DNA of 64,000 nt, taken from the IMG/VR virus record IMGVR_UViG_2823577039_000003. One strand, 5' to 3'. The notes beneath the pieces were generated by a model that saw nothing but the letters and a program-made list of their open reading frames with translations, made no database searches and was not told where the DNA came from. This document shows, piece by piece, positions 10,686 through 19,119 of the stretch. The DNA comes from an uncultured virus (IMG/VR IMGVR_UViG_2823577039_000003). Lineage: Duplodnaviria; Heunggongvirae; Uroviricota; Caudoviricetes. The position numbers were made by a program, and so were the translations under genes. How positions within the stretch are numbered: position 1 is the stretch's first letter; the number at the start of each line of letters is the position of its first letter.

Positions 10686-10970
10686 TTATATCTCTTGGCG
10701 ATTGATAGCAGCATAAAAAATATAAAAGATTTCTTTGGATAGCCATTGGCCATGTAACCAGTCACCTGCACGATGGAGGGGTATTTTATCGTAAACTAAA
10801 CCACCAACTTGAAATAATTCAGGATAATCCATAAAAATGAGATACTGAACCAAATCTTTCTTTTTGCCAGACACAGGTAAATCCCTTGACTTTAATAACT
10901 CTTTGAGTTCGGGTATAGTCATACTAAGATAGCCACTATATGAGTCTAACCAGTTGTCTGCGGGTGGCAT
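10686..10970 (-). CDS. SAP-domain DNA-binding protein
   Basis: MTIPELKELLKSRDLPVSGKKKDLVQYL matches the SAP helix-extended-helix consensus. Variant promoter at 10990-11000. Confidence 0.8.
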   Translation of the reverse strand: MPPADNWLDSYSGYLSMTIPELKELLKSRDLPVSGKKKDLVQYLIFMDYPELFQVGGLVYDKIPLHRAGDWLHGQWLSKEIFYIFYAAINRQEI

Positions 10971-11008
10971 AAAGATACTATGCGTTACCAACTATATGTA
11001 GTTACGGC

Positions 11009-11464
11009 TCACATAGGTGCGCCATTACTGAAACGCTCATTGTAGTATTCCTTTTGGATAGCCAATTCACCAATAAGGCTGACATTGACTGTGCGAGTAG
11101 CAGTAGTAGCAGTGGTTACGCTAACAGTAACTGCAAGCGGTTGCTGGAAAAGAACCAAGATTGGAGTAGAGAAGGCGAGAACTGGTCCACCTTGGTTGAT
11201 GTTCTGGAAAACCCAACTGATGTCAAAAGAGTTAGAAGGGACGTTGTTAGGTCCNACTTGGATTTGAACATTGAAATCGGTTTCAGTGGTGGCTACAGTG
11301 CCTGCATTGTCAAGGATGTTAACAGCAATAGCGTAAAGGCGAACTTCTTCGTTGTTAGCCTGATTTGTGAAAATTGTTTGTGTATTTACGGTTCCTGCCG
11401 CAGTTGCCCCAGTAAATGTATGGGTTGTGGAGTAAATCTCTGGTTGTGGATCTTGATTTGCCAT
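11009..11464 (-). CDS. Beta-rich ~150 aa structural protein, family B (single jelly-roll candidate)
   Basis: Tandem paralogue of 11520..11990 (MxNQDPQPExYST, IFTNQANNEEVRxYAI, PILxLFQQPLA, IAIQKEYY). Leadered promoter plus SD AGGTGA. The fold is an inference. Confidence 0.55.
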   Translation of the reverse strand: MANQDPQPEIYSTTHTFTGATAAGTVNTQTIFTNQANNEEVRLYAIAVNILDNAGTVATTETDFNVQIQXGPNNVPSNSFDISWVFQNINQGGPVLAFSTPILVLFQQPLAVTVSVTTATTATRTVNVSLIGELAIQKEYYNERFSNGAPM

Positions 11465-11497
11465 CTTAAGTCACCTATACATATTGTTGTGTTGCAC

Positions 11498-11508
11498 GAC
11501 TATTTATA
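11498..11508 (-). promoter_or_regulatory. TATA promoter TATAAATAGTC (leadered class, with SD AGGTGA at 11471-11476)
   Basis: 33 nt spacer to ATG 11464, containing the SD. Confidence 0.75.
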
Positions 11509-11519
11509 TCTTATGCTTC

Positions 11520-11990
11520 TTACACACCACGAGGATTGCGTCTTTGTCGTTGTGAATAGTATTCTTTTTGAATGGCAATCTCGGCAATCAGGGTGCAGAC
11601 TACAGTTCTCTGAGCCGCTAAAGTAGCACCNGCAGTAGAATCTAAAGATACTTGAATAGCCAAAGGTTGTTGGAAAAGTGCCAGAATGGGGCTACTAAAG
11701 GTAAGAGTTTTATCATCTTTAAAGTTGATAACAGTAGCATCAAAGGCATTTGAAGGAATATTATTAGGTCCGACCTGAATCTGCACTGAAAAATCAGTGT
11801 CTGTAGTGGCTGTAGTCACGGGAGCACCATTTTCATTAAGAATGTTAATCATAATAGCATAAATACGAACTTCTTCGTTATTGGCTTGATTAGTAAAGAT
11901 AGTAGACGTGGCTACATCTCCTGTCGTATTAGCAGCCGAAAAAACTGCCCGAGTAGAATACAACTCTGGTTGTGGATCTTGATTGACCAT
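11520..11990 (-). CDS. Beta-rich ~155 aa structural protein, family B (single jelly-roll candidate)
   Basis: Paralogue of 11009..11464 with a basic C-terminal tail RQRRNPRGV. TATA motif at 12010-12020. Confidence 0.55.
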   Translation of the reverse strand: MVNQDPQPELYSTRAVFSAANTTGDVATSTIFTNQANNEEVRIYAIMINILNENGAPVTTATTDTDFSVQIQVGPNNIPSNAFDATVINFKDDKTLTFSSPILALFQQPLAIQVSLDSTXGATLAAQRTVVCTLIAEIAIQKEYYSQRQRRNPRGV

Positions 11991-12022
11991 ANGGTTAATA
12001 GCACCCCCTTACTATTTATAAC

Positions 12023-12424
12023 TTACTTTCGCTCTCTCATTTGCAGTTCATCCCACATCCAGTCATCATTAGGTGGGGCATATTGAGGTTCAATGAATTG
12101 TGGTCGTGCTGGAGGCTCGGGAGGTGCTGGAGGCAGTAAAGGAGGGGTTTTATCCAGCAAAAGTCCGGGGAGAACTCCAGTGATTTTCTCTCGCCAGACA
12201 TACTTACGAGTAAACCACCATGTTAAAGGCATAAAGATAAAAATATCTATTAAAATTGCCCACGGACCAAATACTTTAGAAGTTTCGTCTAATCTTTCTT
12301 GAGTTTCCTCGGGGCCTAACATTCCGTCTTGCCAAATGTAACCCAACCACAATCCTGAAATAGCCATAACAAGAAACAGGGTAAAGATAAGGGCTTGCAC
12401 AAATGTGAGGCGGGACATATTCAT
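12023..12424 (-). CDS. Membrane protein (2 TM, Pro-rich tail)
   Basis: Two hydrophobic segments and a PPLLPPAPPEPP tail. TATA motif at 12442-12452. Confidence 0.6.
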   Translation of the reverse strand: MNMSRLTFVQALIFTLFLVMAISGLWLGYIWQDGMLGPEETQERLDETSKVFGPWAILIDIFIFMPLTWWFTRKYVWREKITGVLPGLLLDKTPPLLPPAPPEPPARPQFIEPQYAPPNDDWMWDELQMRERK

Positions 12425-12479
12425 ACTAACCTTGTGTGGTCTGTTATTTATAATTTAAGAGGGAAGTCCCTTAGTTGCA

Positions 12480-12947
12480 TCATTCACGAAACAATTCATT
12501 TTCATCGCTCCATTCAGGAACAGGCTCTAAATCTATTTCGGGTGGCACAGATAAAGGATCGTTAGATAATAAGAAATCATGAACTCGTGGAGCCAAATCG
12601 TCTAACTTTTCATCAATGCTACTGCCCTTTTCCTCGGAAATCTNNTCTAATTTACTAAAGAAACTGGCTAAAATAGCAGTGCCACGATAAAACTCAGGAG
12701 TAAAGGCTTTGCGTTGCATTTCAGAAATCTTTTCGGCAGACCGCTGAGCCACAATAGCCAAAATAACGGCAGCCAAGTTAGTAGACATAATAAAAGCCAA
12801 CATTTGATAGTTTAACCAAAAACTGGGAGTTATTATTTGAGCAATAGTTTGAGTTAAGAAGGCTAATCCTAATGACAGAAAAACCATGGTTTTTGCACTG
12901 ATAAAATCAGTTTGATTAAAATCGTCCCATTCACTTTTTGATGACAT
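12480..12947 (-). CDS. Membrane protein (2 TM)
   Basis: Two hydrophobic segments. SD GAGGAGG precedes ATG 12947 (MSSKSEW). Confidence 0.6.
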   Translation of the reverse strand: MSSKSEWDDFNQTDFISAKTMVFLSLGLAFLTQTIAQIITPSFWLNYQMLAFIMSTNLAAVILAIVAQRSAEKISEMQRKAFTPEFYRGTAILASFFSKLXXISEEKGSSIDEKLDDLAPRVHDFLLSNDPLSVPPEIDLEPVPEWSDENELFRE

Positions 12948-13416
12948 GTAAATAAACCTCCTCAAATAATTCTATATAACCTACAATTTCATAATCATAT
13001 GATGACAATAATTCCCGAACTTTCTTCTCCCATTTACGTCCCTTATCTAAGGCAAACTCTTCCAACCTAAATATACCTTGTTGTGCTAACATAATAAAAT
13101 CCTCATAATAAACGAAAGGCATAACTTTTTCATTAAACTCTATTTCATGAAACTCGGAAGCCACTTGATGCACATCTTCTAATTGTTCCATGAGTTTACG
13201 TTCAAAGAAATCTTCTCCCATTTGTTGTTTAATGGGGTCCTCTACACCAATTCCTGCAGCCAATCTTTCTGCCATCACATCCCATTCACGTTCAATAATG
13301 GCATCCCATCTTTGCCGATCAGCATCGTATTCCAAACCTAAGTTGGTTTTACGGTCTTTGAGGTAATCATTCCGTTTAGAACCTAAATATTCTAACCAGA
13401 GCGTAGCCTCATCCAT
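12931..13416 (-). CDS. Hypothetical helical acidic protein
   Basis: 161 aa ORF with a TATA variant at 13435-13445. Confidence 0.55.
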   Translation of the reverse strand: MDEATLWLEYLGSKRNDYLKDRKTNLGLEYDADRQRWDAIIEREWDVMAERLAAGIGVEDPIKQQMGEDFFERKLMEQLEDVHQVASEFHEIEFNEKVMPFVYYEDFIMLAQQGIFRLEEFALDKGRKWEKKVRELLSSYDYEIVGYIELFEEVYLHVIKK

Positions 13417-13448
13417 GATAGTTATGGTTAGGGCACCTACTTATATCT

Positions 13449-13667
13449 TCATCCAAAGTAAGCAATTGCAGAAGCACTGGCCCAAGAAAAGACACCGACG
13501 ATAACTACCATAGAGAAAAAGTCTTTAGCATCTGGCAAAACCAGTTGTGGGTATTGAATAGGACCATCGTCCTGCCATGCACCTAATTGGTAATGAATCA
13601 AGGCTTCAGCCATAAAAGCAGCAAAGGTAATACCTATAACTAAATTACTGGCCTTGGGTAATCCCAT
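13449..13667 (-). CDS. Small 2-TM membrane protein
   Basis: Two hydrophobic helices in 72 aa. Confidence 0.55.
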   Translation of the reverse strand: MGLPKASNLVIGITFAAFMAEALIHYQLGAWQDDGPIQYPQLVLPDAKDFFSMVVIVGVFSWASASAIAYFG

Positions 13668-13671
13668 GCTA

Positions 13672-14574
13672 TCACTGATCCCATTTGAATTGAGGGTTAA
13701 TCTTAAACTTATCCATAATCATTTCGGACGCAAGATTTCCAAAAATGGTTCCCAGTGCCCCGATTAGACATCCAATAATTATACCTTTTAACATGACGGA
13801 AGCATCATCGTCATCATAAAGATTGGCTACTTCAGGATGTTTCTGAAGATATTGGGTAACCGAAGAAGGAGGATTATCATTTTTCAAACGAGGGTCTCGG
13901 GCAGCCGCAGGGTCGTGAAACACTTTCCCCACAGGTGCGGTAAATCTCTCTGCCAAGAATTGGTCGTCCCATGATGATAATAAGTTGTCCATAATGTCAT
14001 CAATAGCATTATTTAACCGAGAATTATCTGTATCTGATAAAATATTTTCTCTTTCTTCTTCCGTCAAACTGTCATACCATTGGTCTGCGTCTTGTTGGGT
14101 GGAATCTTCGTCGCCAGTGAGGGCAATATATATATTTAACACATCATCGGAAAAACCACTTACCCAATCCTCAGACCAGCCTTCGTAAGCCTGCTCAGTA
14201 GCCATTTGTGGATCATAATAAGAATCGTCATACCAGTCATCTTCATCTTCGCTTTGATACATTAAAGGTTTAGTATAATGACCTCCACAGGAAGTGCCGG
14301 GGCCTTGAAAACGTCCTCCAAGGACTCTGCAATCGCCCATAGTGGTTTCCATACACCTGCCATCAGGTAGCAAACAAGCACCAAACCAATTAGAATAAGG
14401 TGTAGCCTTGAAATCTTTTTCTAAAAGTATGTCTACCTGACTATTGTTTAAAATATCCATAAGATAGGCAATAGACTCTTCTTCGTTGGAATCAGGGTGG
14501 GCTTCTAACCAAGCCACATACTCTTGAAGTTGACGGTCAGAAATTAAATCTAACAAGGTGGAAAGTTCAATCAT
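13672..14574 (-). CDS. Acidic protein with Cys module and near-C-terminal membrane anchor
   Basis: Has the module GACLLPDGRCMETTMGDCRVLGGRFQGPGTSC and a TM segment GIIIGCLIGALGTIFG. ATGA overlap. Confidence 0.6.
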   Translation of the reverse strand: MIELSTLLDLISDRQLQEYVAWLEAHPDSNEEESIAYLMDILNNSQVDILLEKDFKATPYSNWFGACLLPDGRCMETTMGDCRVLGGRFQGPGTSCGGHYTKPLMYQSEDEDDWYDDSYYDPQMATEQAYEGWSEDWVSGFSDDVLNIYIALTGDEDSTQQDADQWYDSLTEEERENILSDTDNSRLNNAIDDIMDNLLSSWDDQFLAERFTAPVGKVFHDPAAARDPRLKNDNPPSSVTQYLQKHPEVANLYDDDDASVMLKGIIIGCLIGALGTIFGNLASEMIMDKFKINPQFKWDQ

Positions 14575-14846
14575 CCTTGTGCCTCCTTGATCTCTTCTGT
14601 TAGACCGAGAGCAAGGATTACAAAGGGGATGCTCATTAAAGCATAATCAGTCCAACCGAAAGCATCAGATGGCCAACCATACTGACGATAGGTGCGAGCG
14701 ACACCCAAAAGGGTAGAAGTAAAGAAAGCAGCAGAACCGACGGCAGGAATTAAAAGACCACGCCATGCTTTACGTCGTTGCTCGGCTCGGGCATCAACTT
14801 CAGCCTCTACTTGGGTTTCAATATGTTTTTGCTCTTGGCCCACCAT
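14571..14846 (-). CDS. Small 2-TM membrane protein
   Basis: Two hydrophobic segments; SD GAGGTGA. Confidence 0.55.
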   Translation of the reverse strand: MVGQEQKHIETQVEAEVDARAEQRRKAWRGLLIPAVGSAAFFTSTLLGVARTYRQYGWPSDAFGWTDYALMSIPFVILALGLTEEIKEAQG

Positions 14847-14853
14847 AGGAAAC

Positions 14854-15408
14854 TCACCTCATAAGTAATGCGAGTCCTGCACCGAGAGCACCGGCTACAG
14901 CCAATGAACCCCATGCAACAGAGGTTTCAGGTTCTATTTGCATACCATCAATTTCTTGAGTTTCGTCAGCAGAATAACTTTCTGCTTCTCCGGCTACTAC
15001 GGAAGGGTCATCCGAAGTTCGGCATCCGAAAACATTAGACCACAAAGGATTACACAAACGGTTTTCAGTCATCCAGCGTGAAAAAGCACCGGGCATGGAT
15101 TCATCAAGATATTTATAATCTTGCATATCTGCACCGCTGGAAGGCATCCACTTCATAGTGGAACCAGTTTGGGTGTAGGGAATACCGGCTTGACCATAGG
15201 GTTGATAAGCATTACCAGATTGGTCTAAAGTAGTTACTGTAGGTGTCCATGCCATCCATGGAACTGTAGAAGGTGCTTTAGAGATAGGATCTCCACCAGC
15301 AGTNTATCCAATAATTTCTTGTTTCTTAGAAGGGTCTGAAGGATCTTGAACATAACACTTTCGGTTATATAAGTCTCCACGGTCACAGGTAATTCCATAG
15401 CCAGCCAT
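14854..15408 (-). CDS. Tail-anchored protein
   Basis: Ends WGSLAVAGALGAGLALLMR-stop. TATA motif at 15428-15438. Confidence 0.6.
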   Translation of the reverse strand: MAGYGITCDRGDLYNRKCYVQDPSDPSKKQEIIGXTAGGDPISKAPSTVPWMAWTPTVTTLDQSGNAYQPYGQAGIPYTQTGSTMKWMPSSGADMQDYKYLDESMPGAFSRWMTENRLCNPLWSNVFGCRTSDDPSVVAGEAESYSADETQEIDGMQIEPETSVAWGSLAVAGALGAGLALLMR

Positions 15409-15427
15409 AAATATAATAGTGTCAGCC

Positions 15428-15438
15428 GACTATTTATA
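15428..15438 (-). promoter_or_regulatory. TATA promoter TATAAATAGTC
   Basis: 19 nt spacer to ATG 15408; lies 1 nt after the upstream stop codon. Confidence 0.8.
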
Positions 15439-15439
15439 C

Positions 15440-16645
15440 TTAATCTTCGGACGGTTCTTCGTCCTGACCCTTAGCAAACTTATTTAAAAGCATAACGGCG
15501 GCTACTAAGCCCAAGGCACCAATACCTGTAGCAACTATAGCATTACGTTTAAGACGGGTATTTTCACTTTGGAAATCTTGCATAAATCTATCATCTAAGT
15601 AAGTATCTTCGCCCATACTGGGGAACTCTTGAGACTCAATAATCATATCTAATAAATCGTCGGCAAAAGGTCCACCGGCACTAACATGAATACCATCATC
15701 TTCACGATAAATCTTGACTTGACCTTCTGTTACCATGTCCTTCCAATCACTGTGAGCCGTGAGACGGCGATACAAATCTTTGGAAAGGGTGAAAGTTTCA
15801 AAATTATCAGGAATATCTTCCTTGATATCCATTTCGGTTTCGGCGGCTTTGCCCTTAAATCTACTATCAATAATGGCNGGGAAACGGCCTCCTTCTTGGG
15901 AATTAACTTGAATGGTGTCAATTTCATCAATTTTCATACCTGAGTTTTCCAAGTCCTTCTTATGTAGTAGAACTGGAGAAGGCAAACCTACGTCCAGAAC
16001 ATAACTTCGGGGGTATTTGTTGTCTTCCTCATAGCCTTTAACCTTGAGGTAAGGAGCCGTCTTTTGAATCTCTTGTCGCTTCTTCTTTTGGCGTTCCTTT
16101 CGGGCAGCCTTATACTCGGGAGTGTCACGACGCTTCTTCATTTCTTCCCTGCTTTCGCCGGGTAAGAGATCGGGACTGGTATCAACTTCAGAAGCCATAC
16201 TCATCGGTCCAATACCATCGTCATCATCTTCACCATTGAAAGGTGTAGCATTTATATTTACTACGGCATCAGTGCCCGGGGTGGCGGTTGTCATGGATGC
16301 AGAATTACTGCCGATAACACGACCGTTGCCATCAGGTTGGAAAGTATCGTCACCCAGCATAGCCACTTCTTCTACACCATCGGCTTGTTCTTCAGCCACA
16401 GGTGCGTCAACAACTTCAGCCACGTTTTCAGAAGCCTTGGCTTCCATTCCCGGATAGGTAATATCTATACCTGATTCTTTAGAAACACGCTCTGCTTCGG
16501 CTTTAGAACAAACTTTGTGACAATTATAGGTTTTGCCTTTGTGTTTATATTCGCCTTTGATACCGAAAGACTTTTTCTTAACAATGGCCGTAACTTTGGC
16601 TTTAACATTTTGTTTAAGAGGTAAACAGTAAAAACTATACTTCAT
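15440..16645 (-). CDS. Modular tail-anchored protein (basic Cys-containing N-domain, xAE/xSE linkers)
   Basis: C-terminal TM AIVATGIGALGLVAAVMLL; SD GGTGA. KASE, MASE, KAAE and FQSE motifs separate its segments. Confidence 0.6.
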   Translation of the reverse strand: MKYSFYCLPLKQNVKAKVTAIVKKKSFGIKGEYKHKGKTYNCHKVCSKAEAERVSKESGIDITYPGMEAKASENVAEVVDAPVAEEQADGVEEVAMLGDDTFQPDGNGRVIGSNSASMTTATPGTDAVVNINATPFNGEDDDDGIGPMSMASEVDTSPDLLPGESREEMKKRRDTPEYKAARKERQKKKRQEIQKTAPYLKVKGYEEDNKYPRSYVLDVGLPSPVLLHKKDLENSGMKIDEIDTIQVNSQEGGRFXAIIDSRFKGKAAETEMDIKEDIPDNFETFTLSKDLYRRLTAHSDWKDMVTEGQVKIYREDDGIHVSAGGPFADDLLDMIIESQEFPSMGEDTYLDDRFMQDFQSENTRLKRNAIVATGIGALGLVAAVMLLNKFAKGQDEEPSED

Positions 16646-16649
16646 TTAA

Positions 16650-17207
16650 TCACCAACCGAATGTTTTTTGCTCAAAAGATGCTCGTGGTGCAAATAAATC
16701 AGCAGAGGGTCCAAATCCAAAGGATTCTTGTCCCACGGCAGCACCGTAAACACCATGTCCACCAAAGTCTACATGATCTGCAGTAGCGATTGGCTCAAAG
16801 AGATAGTGTGCATCATCGGCTAAGTAAGCCTGTTGTTCTACTTGCTCNGCATTGTTTTCTTGCTCATCTTCTTTTTCCATCTCATTTTCGTAAGCATTTT
16901 GAGTGGCTTCTAACAACGATTCGTATCGCTTNATTTCAGTTTGAGCCTGATTTCCACGAGTCAAACGACCCAGACCGTAAGCGAGAGGTGCAACACCTAA
17001 AGCAATAGCCACAATGGTGCGATGAGCACCAAGAACATCAAACTTAGCCTTGTCTAATCCACAGAAGGCTAAAGTGCCTGCACCAAGAAATAAAGGAATA
17101 CCTGTGCTCGGTTCAAGGGCTTCTTTTTCCAGAGTAGAGGGTTCACGAGGGGTTTCATCTCCCTCACCAAATAGAATCTGGTTTCGTAATGATGCGAAGT
17201 CTACCAT
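16650..17207 (-). CDS. Membrane protein (hairpin TM)
   Basis: Two hydrophobic segments followed by an acidic coiled stretch. TATA motif at 17227-17237. Confidence 0.55.
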   Translation of the reverse strand: MVDFASLRNQILFGEGDETPREPSTLEKEALEPSTGIPLFLGAGTLAFCGLDKAKFDVLGAHRTIVAIALGVAPLAYGLGRLTRGNQAQTEXKRYESLLEATQNAYENEMEKEDEQENNXEQVEQQAYLADDAHYLFEPIATADHVDFGGHGVYGAAVGQESFGFGPSADLFAPRASFEQKTFGW

Positions 17208-17226
17208 AGTAATACCTTCGGTCTAC

Positions 17227-17237
17227 AACTATTTATA
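17227..17237 (-). promoter_or_regulatory. TATA promoter TATAAATAGTT
   Basis: 19 nt spacer to ATG 17207. Confidence 0.8.
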
Positions 17238-17240
17238 CTT

Positions 17241-17615
17241 TCAGTTGGCACCAACGGCACGACCGAAGTAATTTGCTCCGAAAATAGGCTCAGTAGTCAT
17301 AAGAGTGTAAGAATAAGCAGTCCAATCAGAACGCACGGTGTCTTCACCGTTGTTAGGAGTTTGTCCTACTGGATAAGTATAGTTAATGTTTTGTCCTACG
17401 GCTTGTCCGCCCATGATTCCACGGTCGGTGCCAATGACAGGGATAGTTCCCCAGTTATTGACTAAATGATCCTTACCAGTTTCGGTGTGGGCTTCTTTAG
17501 TTTCTTCAGTAGCCTCGCTACTGTCGTTCATTTTGCCCTTAATATAACTACCTACAACGAAAGTTACCAGAGCGATTGGAATACCAATCATTAAACCTTC
17601 AGTGACTGCTGACAT
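17241..17615 (-). CDS. N-terminally anchored small membrane protein
   Basis: TM segment GLMIGIPIALVTFVVGSYI. Start MSAVTE follows the promoter at 17635-17645. Confidence 0.55.
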   Translation of the reverse strand: MSAVTEGLMIGIPIALVTFVVGSYIKGKMNDSSEATEETKEAHTETGKDHLVNNWGTIPVIGTDRGIMGGQAVGQNINYTYPVGQTPNNGEDTVRSDWTAYSYTLMTTEPIFGANYFGRAVGAN

Positions 17616-17652
17616 ATTATTCACTTCTCCTTACGACTATTTATATTTACTC

Positions 17653-19116
17653 TTATTCTTGGTTGTAGAAGGCACCTAAACCTACAAGGGCCAATGGAAT
17701 GGTAAGTGCAGCAGCAACCCAACCCAAACCTAATTTATATCCGGTGCGAAGTGGTTGTTGTAGTTGAATGGGAACAGTAGGGTCTGCAAGAACCCGACGG
17801 TTTTCAGCATCCATTTCAATAGTATCTTGAATGGCGATTTCATCTTGGAGTTCATCTAAACGAGTGGCAATCTGATTACGATAACGTATCATTTCTTCTA
17901 ACAAGGGGTGTTTAGGATTGTCCATAGTTTGATACATAGTAGCGATATCAGTTTCTAAAGACATATAGATAGATAATAGACGATCGAAATCTTGTTCATC
18001 ATCAATAATTATATCTTCTCGGATTTCTAAGAGAGTATTGAAGGGTGAATCTGCAGCAAAATGTTCGGCTTGCTTAAAGATTTTCTTAAAAGTGGTAATT
18101 TCTTTGTCACTGGCAGAGGGTTGATAAGTAATTTTACTTGACATATCACGACCGTCTCGGTGTCCATCGTTGTAAGCATAAATATAAGCATCAGATTCAG
18201 AGGCATAAGTGCCAGTTTCAGCGGTGTTAAAATCACTGTATTCGTGATGCCATGAGACATCTCCAGTAACCTCAAACTCTTNATCTTGGGCATCAACAAA
18301 TTGAATATCAAAACTTAGGCTTCCTTCGCCATCACCTGTGCTACGGATTTCTCGCTCTACTCGGTCTTCTATTTCTGCTATCTGGTCACCATCTAATGAT
18401 TTAGGTGATTCATACTGGCCTTCGTAAACAATAGTTCCAAAAGTCATACGCTCTCCGGAAATCTCACCAGATTCGGCTCGCTTACGCTTGAGACCTTCGC
18501 TTCCATCAAGAGGTGTCCAATTTGCCATCTCTCCAAACTCCATAGGATCTTGAATAGGGGCACTTCCTTCCTCAGAATAATGCTCACGCATGTAATCTAC
18601 ATCAGTAGAAGCCTCGTCCATAGCGGCCTCTTCTTTTTCTCTTTTCATTCGTTGGCGTTTAGTTTCCGCCTTCATAGCAGAAACACGATAATAACCTTCG
18701 CCTTCTGGCCCTCCTTCATCGTAAATCCATTTAGCAGCACAAGGTTCACAAATGTTGTCATGACCTTCTATATCTCCACCGGGATTAGGTAATCCAGTAA
18801 TATAACAGTTAGGACCTTCGGCATATTCAGTCCATTCTAAGAAATCAATGCCATCCAAATGGCTGTCTTGACAAGTTTCTTCTGCACCCATCTTGACTTC
18901 ATCAACTAAGTAATCGTCTTCAAAGGCTCCAATCTCACGCAGTTCAGCGATTTTGTCATCACGATCTAATTCAGAAAACTCTTCTTCAATAGTAATCATA
19001 AAATCTTCTAATTCATCGGGAGTATAAATATCCATTTTGTATCCCAGTTGTTCTAACTGATCGAAATCTAAAAGACGAAACATATCGTCTAATTGTTCAT
19101 CGCTGAAGTATTGCAT
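17653..19116 (-). CDS. Acidic modular tail-anchored protein with multiple xAE motifs
   Basis: Motifs MGAE, MKAE, KRAE, NTAE, YASE, KQAE and MDAE. C-terminal TM LGLGWVAAALTIPLALVGLGAFY. Confidence 0.6.
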   Translation of the reverse strand: MQYFSDEQLDDMFRLLDFDQLEQLGYKMDIYTPDELEDFMITIEEEFSELDRDDKIAELREIGAFEDDYLVDEVKMGAEETCQDSHLDGIDFLEWTEYAEGPNCYITGLPNPGGDIEGHDNICEPCAAKWIYDEGGPEGEGYYRVSAMKAETKRQRMKREKEEAAMDEASTDVDYMREHYSEEGSAPIQDPMEFGEMANWTPLDGSEGLKRKRAESGEISGERMTFGTIVYEGQYESPKSLDGDQIAEIEDRVEREIRSTGDGEGSLSFDIQFVDAQDXEFEVTGDVSWHHEYSDFNTAETGTYASESDAYIYAYNDGHRDGRDMSSKITYQPSASDKEITTFKKIFKQAEHFAADSPFNTLLEIREDIIIDDEQDFDRLLSIYMSLETDIATMYQTMDNPKHPLLEEMIRYRNQIATRLDELQDEIAIQDTIEMDAENRRVLADPTVPIQLQQPLRTGYKLGLGWVAAALTIPLALVGLGAFYNQE

Positions 19117-19119
19117 TGT

